DNA of 64,000 bases, from the NCBI GenBank assembly GCA_039804105.1, contig JBDRZU010000001.1, forward strand, positions 992,001-1,056,000, in the 5' to 3' direction. Each line of letters opens with the position of its first letter. Position 1 is the stretch's first letter. The notes beneath the pieces were generated by a model. That model ran no database searches and had not been told where the DNA came from. It saw only the letters and a list, made by a program, of their open reading frames with translations. Made by a program: the position numbers and the translations under genes. The DNA is from a candidate division WOR-3 bacterium (lineage in GTDB: Bacteria > Hydrothermota > 32-111). Below, in pieces: positions 41,870 through 50,005 of the stretch.

Positions 41870-41969
41870 CTTCACTCCTTTTTTTCTATCATACCAAAAC
41901 GTAAGCAAGCGCGTAATAAGCGATTTCCCAATCAACACCTTCACTCCTTTTTTTCTATCATACCAAAAC
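41867..41969. repeat. 34-bp exact direct repeat around a 35-nt insert
   Basis: CACCTTCACTCCTTTTTTTCTATCATACCAAAAC at 41867-41900 and 41936-41969. Confidence 0.95.
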
Positions 41970-42681
41970 CCATTGAATTTTTTTCTCCTAAACCAGAATC
42001 GTAAGCAATATTTATAAGGTCTGTATCTCCTTCAAGAGTTATTTCATCAAAAATTCCTTTCAATTTAATATCTTTGAATTTTATTAATTTTGTATATGTA
42101 TATTTTTTAGAAGCATAGACATTTACTCCTTTACCGGTATATTTTTCACCAAAAAGAATCTCATATTTTTTTGCAAGATTATTATTCACTCTAATATTAA
42201 ACTCATCATCTATTTTCGTAAGATATTCAACTCTTCCATTTTCATAAAGTTTTGACACAACTATTGGTGAATTGCATATAAATTTATCTTTTCCTTTAAA
42301 TTTTGGGGTTCCTCTTATTTTTATTTCCTGTATTTTAAAATACTCATGTTTTATCTCTAAATAGCCCAATTCATAAAAACCTAAAGCGATTATTTCCAAT
42401 AATCTATTCAATGGAGATGATATAAACCATTTAAAACAACCATTTGACAGTTTCAAGTCAAGATCTTTCACTTTGAAAATATTACCTTTTAAAAATGAAT
42501 AGGTAAAAAGTTTGATATTTTTGTGTTCGTTTTCTTCATAAAAACCATCATCATGTATTTTTTTTGCAAGATCTTTATCGACAACATTTATTGATTTATA
42601 AATCGCAGAAGTCAGATAATAATTGTAGTTAAGTGGAATAGACCTTAACTGGTCATTACAACAAATAATTTCTATTCTCAA
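41941..42681 (-). CDS. cas6: Cas6
   Basis: IPLNYNYYL, KLFTYS, SPIV, GLGEKNSMGFG. Confidence 0.95.
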   Translation of the reverse strand: MRIEIICCNDQLRSIPLNYNYYLTSAIYKSINVVDKDLAKKIHDDGFYEENEHKNIKLFTYSFLKGNIFKVKDLDLKLSNGCFKWFISSPLNRLLEIIALGFYELGYLEIKHEYFKIQEIKIRGTPKFKGKDKFICNSPIVVSKLYENGRVEYLTKIDDEFNIRVNNNLAKKYEILFGEKYTGKGVNVYASKKYTYTKLIKFKDIKLKGIFDEITLEGDTDLINIAYDSGLGEKNSMGFGMIEKKE

Positions 42682-42692
42682 AATTTCCCCTC

Positions 42693-44435
42693 TTATATTA
42701 AGTTTATTAAATCGCTCAATTCCCTTATTTTTTCTATATTTTTTGCATTCAAAAATTTTATGTATCTACAGAAAGTTTGTTTAAAAAGTTTCAGTCCTTT
42801 TAAATTTTTTATTATATCTTCCATAACATCTTCATCTTTGTATTTGATATAATATGTTAACAATCCTCTTATTCCAAAAAGCAAATAATCTTCTTTTTCG
42901 AATTCTTTCATTTTTTTAAAAAAGTAATAATAAAGTTTTTTCGACATCTCTTGATCAGTTTCAAGAAATGAAAATGCATAATACTCAATTGCAAGATAAT
43001 ACATGTAATAGAATCTTGTGTCCTTAACTAATTCAAAGAAATCTTCCCACAAAAACTTCACTTCTTCTGATTTTCCAAGATGTGCATTCAATCTTATCTT
43101 CTCAAAATGGATAAAAACTTTCTGAATATTTTCAGGAGTTGCTTTTTTAAGATAATTTTCAGCAAGACCAATATATTTTTTAGAATTATTATAATTCCCT
43201 TTTAAAGTATTCAATTTTGCAAGATAACAGCAAACTCTTGATACATCAGAAGTAAGATACTTTTTACAAAACTCAAGATTATTTAAAAGATATTTTTCTG
43301 CTTTTTTAAAATCCTTATTGTGTATTAAGTATTGAGATAAAGTTCCATAGGTTGATATAGAAAGGTGTTTTCCTGTATATTTTTTTTCTTCCAAGTTCAA
43401 TTTCAAAAGTTTTAAGCCCTCTTTAAATCTGTAAATGTCTTTTAAAAATACTGCATAAACATTGTTAAATTCGATAGAAATATTATTATACTCAAATAAT
43501 TTTTCTTTTATAAGTTCATTTTTTGTATCATTTGCTCTTTTAAAATAATTTTCAGCAGTTAAAATATCTCCCGATTGATTATAATGTAATGCCAATCTTG
43601 ATAGAACAAGAAAGTAATAATTCTTTGACTTTATATCCTCTCTATTTTTAAGATATGCCTCAAGATTATTGTAAATTGGAAGATAGGAATTTTTATCACT
43701 CTTCAACAGATAATTTTCAGCAATATTGAACATTCTTTCAACACCAGAGAGAAATCTTTTATCGACTGTTTCAGTGTAATCTCCAAAGACATTTTTTATT
43801 ACTTCTTTAAAATTTTTCAATTTTTTATCAGGATAAACAAAGATTCCCTCTTTTATTTCCTTATCAAAACAATATTTTTTTTCTTCTATAAAATCAACTT
43901 CAAGCAGATTACCTTCAAAATCGAGTGCTCCAGTAAAACAAAATTTATCTTCCACATATCTATTCGTTACTGCCAAATATAAAAGCACTGCTATTGGAAG
44001 TTCGAGCGATTCACAATCAAGAGAAAAAATCTTTTCTATCTCATCAAAATTTTCAAGTATTATTTTGTTAGGATTCAAATCAATGATTATCTCTTTTTGG
44101 GCAAAATATTTTTCAACAACCACAACTGCTTTTCTTATAACATTTGCTATGTTTTCCTTATAAATGATTGTTTCATTTTCAGAAAAATTGACTTTTAACG
44201 GAATAAGAACCGGATACTTTTGATTTTTATCTATTATTACCACAGGAGCAAAAACATTATATTCCAAATGTGGATTTAAAATATCTACACTTTTACTCAA
44301 ATTTTTCAAAATTGTCTTCATATCATATGTTTTCACTTCATTTAAAAGTTTATCTATTATTAATTTTGAATGACTATAATTTTGAAATTTCAAAAGTAAA
44401 TTCAAATATTCAAATGACCTTAAATCTGATCTCAA
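42693..44435 (-). CDS. Lon-type (S16) protease domain + C-terminal TPR repeats
   Basis: DCES143LELPIAV...FTGALDFEGNLLEVDFIEEK186 (Ser-Lys 43 apart). TPR-like LALHYNQSGDILTAENYFKRA, GTLSQYLIHNKDFKKAEKYL, YLAKLNTLKGNYNNSKKY. Confidence 0.8.
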   Translation of the reverse strand: MRSDLRSFEYLNLLLKFQNYSHSKLIIDKLLNEVKTYDMKTILKNLSKSVDILNPHLEYNVFAPVVIIDKNQKYPVLIPLKVNFSENETIIYKENIANVIRKAVVVVEKYFAQKEIIIDLNPNKIILENFDEIEKIFSLDCESLELPIAVLLYLAVTNRYVEDKFCFTGALDFEGNLLEVDFIEEKKYCFDKEIKEGIFVYPDKKLKNFKEVIKNVFGDYTETVDKRFLSGVERMFNIAENYLLKSDKNSYLPIYNNLEAYLKNREDIKSKNYYFLVLSRLALHYNQSGDILTAENYFKRANDTKNELIKEKLFEYNNISIEFNNVYAVFLKDIYRFKEGLKLLKLNLEEKKYTGKHLSISTYGTLSQYLIHNKDFKKAEKYLLNNLEFCKKYLTSDVSRVCCYLAKLNTLKGNYNNSKKYIGLAENYLKKATPENIQKVFIHFEKIRLNAHLGKSEEVKFLWEDFFELVKDTRFYYMYYLAIEYYAFSFLETDQEMSKKLYYYFFKKMKEFEKEDYLLFGIRGLLTYYIKYKDEDVMEDIIKNLKGLKLFKQTFCRYIKFLNAKNIEKIRELSDLINLI

Positions 44436-45252
44436 TCATCTCCCCACTTTTTAAAGATTTTACTTTGATAATATTTTCTTTTTCAAAAGATGGAGTCAAA
44501 ATAAGTTCTTTATCTTCTAATTTTTTATTATCTATTAAAAATTTACCTTTTATACTTTTACATATAATTTTTTTGTCTTCAAACTTCAGAAACAAAATAT
44601 TTCCATCATTAAACTTTATTTCTCTCATTTTTTGTAATTTTTCTATATTCTTTATAATTTCGTCTTTTTCTGGTTGTTTCTTTTTTGCTGCCAAAACAGG
44701 TTTTAAAAAATCAACAGGTATTTCCCAGACAAAAACCTTATCTTTTTTAAATTCTTCTATGTAAGTTTTCAAATGGATATATGGAGAAATAAATTTGAAT
44801 TCATCTTCTTTTATTATTTTAAAAACATCATTTAAAATTATATTCAAATTCAAATCTTTCAAATTTGTATCTTCAATATATTTTGAAAAAACGAACGCCT
44901 CTTTCGGCAAAGAAATTTGCACTGGCGCAAAATATATTTTTTGTTTTAATTTTAGGGAGTCATAACACAACTCAGTTTTTCCTTCATATTCTGGGATAAA
45001 TATAACCTCATTATCTAAAATTTCCTTTACAAAAACAAATTTTTCAGGAACTGATTTTAGAATTGGGTTATATAGTGAATAAACTTTTTGGGGTGAGATT
45101 TCAGGAGGACTCTTTCCAATTAAAAATTTTTCAAGCCAATCGTTTAAAGTTTTTAAATACAATTTTTCTTTCTTTTTATCAAATAAAATCTTTTCACCTG
45201 ACTTAAAAAGTATATATTTTTCAAAATCATTAAATTCAATCTGATTTTTCAT
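44410..45252 (-). CDS. CalpT-like putative anti-sigma factor / protease substrate
   Basis: 280 aa between sigma-like and Lon genes; beta-rich N-terminal region, linker PVLAA(189)KK, ~90-aa beta-rich tail. Confidence 0.55.
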   Translation of the reverse strand: MKNQIEFNDFEKYILFKSGEKILFDKKKEKLYLKTLNDWLEKFLIGKSPPEISPQKVYSLYNPILKSVPEKFVFVKEILDNEVIFIPEYEGKTELCYDSLKLKQKIYFAPVQISLPKEAFVFSKYIEDTNLKDLNLNIILNDVFKIIKEDEFKFISPYIHLKTYIEEFKKDKVFVWEIPVDFLKPVLAAKKKQPEKDEIIKNIEKLQKMREIKFNDGNILFLKFEDKKIICKSIKGKFLIDNKKLEDKELILTPSFEKENIIKVKSLKSGEMIEIRFKVI

Positions 45253-45313
45253 AAACTCCTCAATCTTTCTTTCAATAAATATAAACTAAAAAATTTTCAA
45301 AAAACAAAAATTT

Positions 45314-46243
45314 TTATTTATTTTTGTAATTTTTTAAAATATTTTTTAAATCATCACAAGAGAGAGAATTTTTTACAACAAATTCTTCTATTTTTTTTTC
45401 AATCTTTTTTACATAAAACTGTATATTCTGTGGAGAAGTTTTTAATTCCTCTGCAATCTTTACAATTGTTATATCTTGTAAAAATTTAGATATAATACTT
45501 TTTTCATAATCGTTAAACAATGATTCAAATTTTTCATAATAAAAATTCCAATCCATTTCTTCTGTTTTTAATACAATTTCGTTTTCTCTTATACTACCAT
45601 TACCTTGTTCTTGTTCATCATCAATGATATTCACAACATCATTAAAAGCATATTTCAATTCATCCATTACTTTTTTTATCGATATTTTTCCATTTTCTCT
45701 GTATATCAAATAATCAAGATATTCTTGTAAATCTTTTGTTTTAAATAGTTGCTTGTTTCCTCTTAATTTTGGCTTTTGCGGAATTCTATTCTTTTCGAAA
45801 TTTCTAATCTTATTTTTATTGATCAAAATTTCTTGATCAAATTTAATATCTTTTTTAATTCCATAAAATTCTATTAAAATTTTCTTTATAGTAAAAAAAA
45901 GTTTTTTTTCTGGCTTTTTAGAAGTAATATCTTCGACATAATTTTCAAACATTCTGTTGATTAATTTTTTAAAACCTGTTTCATCAGAAAGATGACCTTT
46001 TTCAATTTTTCCCTTAAAGTAATTTAGATTGTTGTATATTTTTTTAGAAATAAAATTATATATCTCTGATTTAGCAAGATCTTCATTTTCTTTATTATAT
46101 ATTTCAAAAATGATGTAGTATTCGGGATTATGGTAAAACTTTTGTAAAAGATATTCTGTTAAAATTGTTATAAATTGTTCATTTAATTTTTTTTTCTGGG
46201 GGGTTTCTTTATTTTCAATTATTTTTTTTAATAATTCAAACAT
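45314..46243 (-). CDS. ECF-like sigma factor (CalpS-like role)
   Basis: Region-2-like ENEDLAKSEIY...FKKLINRMFENYVED; region-4 HTH DYEKSII...TIVKIAEELKTSPQNIQFYVKKI. ATG 46243 follows a promoter. Confidence 0.7.
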   Translation of the reverse strand: MFELLKKIIENKETPQKKKLNEQFITILTEYLLQKFYHNPEYYIIFEIYNKENEDLAKSEIYNFISKKIYNNLNYFKGKIEKGHLSDETGFKKLINRMFENYVEDITSKKPEKKLFFTIKKILIEFYGIKKDIKFDQEILINKNKIRNFEKNRIPQKPKLRGNKQLFKTKDLQEYLDYLIYRENGKISIKKVMDELKYAFNDVVNIIDDEQEQGNGSIRENEIVLKTEEMDWNFYYEKFESLFNDYEKSIISKFLQDITIVKIAEELKTSPQNIQFYVKKIEKKIEEFVVKNSLSCDDLKNILKNYKNK

Positions 46244-46253
46244 AAATATAAAA

Positions 46254-46282
46254 AATATAAAGTATTTTTTTACTATTGTCAA
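46254..46282 (-). promoter_or_regulatory. Putative sigma70 promoter of the sigma-like gene
   Basis: Minus-strand TTGACA (46277-46282)-N17-TATATT (46254-46259), 10 nt before the ATG. Confidence 0.6.
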
Positions 46283-46314
46283 TATATTTTATTTTTTCGA
46301 GAAAAACAATCAAG

Positions 46315-46893
46315 GTTTCCATACCAAAAATGGTGCGATTAAGACCGAGAACGATCCGTTCTCGTCGATTTATAGAATCTTAAAGTTTCCATACCAAAAA
46401 TGGTGCGATTAAGACAAAAAACAATGAAAATTAAAAAAATCATTTCACTTATGTTTCCATACCAAAAATGGTGCGATTAAGACATTTTGAACAACATCGA
46501 CGAAGTTATTTACATCAACCCGTTTCCATACCAAAAATGGTGCGATTAAGACCTAAGATAGGAAGATAGGAAGAGAACAAAAGGAGGCAAAATGTGTTTC
46601 CATACCAAAAATGGTGCGATTAAGACACAACCCCTCTGCTGAGGGCTTCATCACATCTTCTCGAAAGTTTCCATACCAAAAATGGTGCGATTAAGACATT
46701 GATGGATTTATTACTGATTTTTTATGGTCTGATGAAGTTTCCATACCAAAAATGGTGCGATTAAGACGGGGTGAGGAGTTTAGGTACTCCTCTGACTACG
46801 ATAAAGGATTTTGTTTCCATACCAAAAATGGTGCGATTAAGACATAAAATAAAATAAAATAAAAAAATAGGCACCACCGGGTGCGATTAAGAC
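46315..46893 (-). CRISPR. CRISPR array 2: 8 perfect repeats + truncated leader-proximal repeat, 8 spacers
   Basis: Same 31-bp repeat at 46315, 46385, 46453, 46522, 46596, 46667, 46737, 46813; only 14 nt remain at 46880-46893. Confidence 0.97.
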
Positions 46894-46994
46894 AGGATCA
46901 TAAATTTAATTTTATTATATACTTATTTTAAAATTTGTCAAGATTTTTCTGTCGATCGGTGGTCGTGCAAAAAACCCGGGGGATCGACAGAAAA
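46894..46994 (-). promoter_or_regulatory. CRISPR leader 2
   Basis: Near-identical to leader 1; TTGACA 46936-46941, TATAAT 46914-46919. Confidence 0.9.
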
Positions 46995-47044
46995 TTTTCG
47001 CTGTAATATTTACTTTGATATTATAATAAATATAATATCACATT

Positions 47045-47890
47045 ATGATTTATACTTTTTTTGCTGCTTTTTTAATTGGAATTGCAGATGGTTGTTCAAA
47101 GTATGCTATAAGTAAATTGAAAACAGGAAGATTGATGTTCATTTCTGGAACAACTCAAATTTTACTAACCTTTATTTTCTTTAAAATCATGAATGGTAAA
47201 CTTCCTGAGGTATTAACAATTTTTAAACTCTCTTTTATTCAGATTCTTTCAACAATTGCATATCTTTCTTATGTTATAGCACTTTACTATGGAAATGTAT
47301 CAATTATAACCGCTATAATCTCTTCTTCATCAATTTTTACATTTTTACTTGGAACTCTTGTTTTAAAAGAAAAAATAAGTTTTTTTCAGTTTCTCGGAAT
47401 CATTCTGGTTATTGTAGGGAGTATTGGAATTTCGTATGAAAAAAAATCAAACACTCAAAATAACAAAAAAATTCTCTGGCTTACATTAACTGTAATCGCA
47501 ACTATACTCTGGGGAATCTGGGCATTTTTGATCAAAATAATGGTTTCTCATATTAAACCCTTTGAACTCTCTTTTTTTAATTCAACATTCTCTTTTGTTT
47601 TTCTTTTACCATATATGTTTTTTTCTATAAAAACAGAAAAAAATGTTCGAATCGATATTTTTTCAGTTTTTGTTTCAATTCTTTTTGCGGTATTCGTTTT
47701 CACAGGACTTGTTTCTTTTTATTATTCTGCTTCAAGAATACCTGTCTCAATAGCGTTTCCAATATTTTGTTCGTCTCCTCTTGTAACTGCAATATTTTCT
47801 GCAATATTTTTTAAAGAAAAATTACAACTACATCAATATTTTTCTCTGTTTATTATAATTTTTAGTTTATTTTTAATTAATCTGACTTGA
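47045..47890 (+). CDS. EamA/DMT family transporter
   Basis: About 10 TM helices in two repeats; LVLKEKI and IFFKEKL ends. Confidence 0.85.
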   Translation: MIYTFFAAFLIGIADGCSKYAISKLKTGRLMFISGTTQILLTFIFFKIMNGKLPEVLTIFKLSFIQILSTIAYLSYVIALYYGNVSIITAIISSSSIFTFLLGTLVLKEKISFFQFLGIILVIVGSIGISYEKKSNTQNNKKILWLTLTVIATILWGIWAFLIKIMVSHIKPFELSFFNSTFSFVFLLPYMFFSIKTEKNVRIDIFSVFVSILFAVFVFTGLVSFYYSASRIPVSIAFPIFCSSPLVTAIFSAIFFKEKLQLHQYFSLFIIIFSLFLINLT

Positions 47891-47926
47891 ATTGAATTAA
47901 GTAAAAATTTCTGATATAATCAACCA

Positions 47927-48865
47927 ATGCAGATTTTTATATCTACATTCAGTTCAGTTCTTGGATTGCTTGTAATTGGACTATTAGGATTTTTTCTTGT
48001 ATCAAAAAAATTTCTTGATGAAAAAATTTTTTCCTTCCTTTCAACATTATCTCTTGAAATATCTTTGCCTTGTATGATTTTTTCAGATATTATAACAAAG
48101 TTTGATCCAGTAAGACAAGAAAAATGGTTTTTTTATCCACTTTATTGGGTTGCAACTACTACTTTTATTACTTTTATTTCTTTTCTTGGAAAATTTTTAT
48201 CACCAGAAGAAAACAGAAAAGAGTTTTTTGTTTCTTTGTTGTTTCAAAATGGAATATTTTTCCCTCTTGCAATTTTTTCAACAGTTGATTCTTTTATTGG
48301 ATATAAGATAGATCTTTTTCTATTTATGATGTTTTATGCTGCATTCTTGTTTAATACCTTTTCATTTTTTTACTCAGGGAAAATTGAAAAATTAAATATT
48401 TCAAAAACATTTCATCCAGTTCTTATAGCAACTTTAATCGCATTGATCTTAAAACTTTCATCTTTATCAAATTTCATTCCTGATTTTTTTATAGAAGCTT
48501 TGAAAATGGTTGGATCTATGTCTGTTCCGCTACTAATTCTAATTCTTGGAGGAAACATTTATGTTGACTTAAAAAGATCAAAAAAATTTTATGTAAAAAC
48601 AATTCTATCTTTTGTTCTTTTGAAAAATTTTGTTTTTCCCTTTTTAGGAATTTTGATCCTCTATTTCTTAAAATTGCCTCAAAACATTTCCACAATCATA
48701 TTGCTTGAACTTGCAGTTCCACCGATAACTGCATTACCAATCCTTGTTGAAAGAAACAAAGGAAACAGCAGAGTTGCCAATCAACTTATTCTCTTTTCTT
48801 TTTTAGTTTCACCTATATCAATACCTTTTTCTTTATTTTTGCTTTATAAATTTCTTGGATTTTAA
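47927..48865 (+). CDS. AEC (auxin efflux carrier) family transporter
   Basis: ISLPCMIF, FQNGIFFPL, HPVLIA, SVPLLILILG. Confidence 0.85.
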   Translation: MQIFISTFSSVLGLLVIGLLGFFLVSKKFLDEKIFSFLSTLSLEISLPCMIFSDIITKFDPVRQEKWFFYPLYWVATTTFITFISFLGKFLSPEENRKEFFVSLLFQNGIFFPLAIFSTVDSFIGYKIDLFLFMMFYAAFLFNTFSFFYSGKIEKLNISKTFHPVLIATLIALILKLSSLSNFIPDFFIEALKMVGSMSVPLLILILGGNIYVDLKRSKKFYVKTILSFVLLKNFVFPFLGILILYFLKLPQNISTIILLELAVPPITALPILVERNKGNSRVANQLILFSFLVSPISIPFSLFLLYKFLGF

Positions 48866-49612
48866 AACTTTTTTAGATTTATTCCAATAAATATCAAGTT
48901 CATCAAGCGAAAGATTTTCAAAATTTTTACCATCTTTCTTTATGAGTTCTTCCATACATTTGAACCTGTCTGCAAATTTTATCGTTGCTTTCCTCAACGC
49001 TATTTCTGAATCTACATTCAATCTGTTTGCAAGATGAACTATCGTGAAAAATATGTCTCCAATCTCATTTTCAAACTCTTTTTTGTTTCTCGATTTTTTT
49101 AACTCTTCTATCTCCTCTTCAAGTTTTTTATAAACATCTTCTATTTTATCCCATTCAAATTTTTTCGATGATGCTTTTTTTTGAACTTTATATGCAAGGA
49201 TCATAGAAGGAAGATATATCGGAATTTTGTCCATTATAGATTTATGGTTTTTCTCGTTCTTTTTAATTTCCACCCAATTTTTTAAAACTTCTTTTTCATC
49301 TTTAACTTTAACATTTTCAAAAACATGTGGATGTCTTCTGATCAACTTTTTCTCAAGATTTTTTAATACATCCTTTAAAGTGAATTCCCCTTTTTCTTCT
49401 CCTATTGCAGAATGAAGAATTACCTGTAGTAAAATATCTCCAAGTTCATCAACAATTTTTGCTTTATCTTTTTTGTCAATCGCATCAACAAGTTCATAAG
49501 ATTCTTCAACCACAAATCTTCTAAGTGATTTATGTGTCTGTTTTTTATCCCATGGACATTCTTTTCTTAACTTTTTAACAACTTTTACAAGTCTTTCAAA
49601 ATCTTTTTTCAT
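48833..49612 (-). CDS. mazG: Nucleoside triphosphate pyrophosphohydrolase
   Basis: CPWDKKQT, EESYE, ELGDILLQV, RRHPHVF, EIGD. Confidence 0.95.
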   Translation of the reverse strand: MKKDFERLVKVVKKLRKECPWDKKQTHKSLRRFVVEESYELVDAIDKKDKAKIVDELGDILLQVILHSAIGEEKGEFTLKDVLKNLEKKLIRRHPHVFENVKVKDEKEVLKNWVEIKKNEKNHKSIMDKIPIYLPSMILAYKVQKKASSKKFEWDKIEDVYKKLEEEIEELKKSRNKKEFENEIGDIFFTIVHLANRLNVDSEIALRKATIKFADRFKCMEELIKKDGKNFENLSLDELDIYWNKSKKVLKSKKFIKQK

Positions 49613-49995
49613 CTGATCTGTTCTTTTTCTGCCTGTCTTCTTTTATAATCCTCGATCGCCGCTTTTATTCCATCTTCTGCAAGAACAGAACAATGCGTTT
49701 TAATCGCAGGAAGACCACCAAGTTGGTCAACAACATCTTTGTTTGTGATTTTTAAGGCTTCTTCTATAGTTTTTCCTTTCACAAGATCTGTTGTTATCGA
49801 AGAAGATGCGATAGCGGCAACACAACCAAATGTTTCAAATTTCACATCCACAATAACATTGTTTTCAACTTTAATATATATCACCATTTCGTCACCACAC
49901 TGAGGGTTTCCAACTCTTCCTACTCCATCAGGATTTTCCATCTTTCCATAGTTATGTGGATTTCTAAAATGTTCCATGACTGTATTACTGTACAT
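49609..49995 (-). CDS. iscU: Fe-S scaffold IscU/NifU-N
   Basis: HFRNPHN, CGD, FGCVAAIAS, HCSVLA. Confidence 0.93.
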   Translation of the reverse strand: MYSNTVMEHFRNPHNYGKMENPDGVGRVGNPQCGDEMVIYIKVENNVIVDVKFETFGCVAAIASSSITTDLVKGKTIEEALKITNKDVVDQLGGLPAIKTHCSVLAEDGIKAAIEDYKRRQAEKEQIR

Positions 49996-50005
49996 AAAAA
50001 ACTCC

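Noticed and set aside
42693..44435. Calling this housekeeping Lon or canonical CalpL
   Set aside because: No AAA+ module and no recognisable SAVED domain; the C-terminus is TPR-like.
26155..46893. Self-targeting spacers
   Set aside because: No match to this window noticed by eye; needs a real search and is not claimed either way.
13172..47044. Island as an integrative mobile element
   Set aside because: No integrase, transposase, tRNA or flanking att repeats seen.
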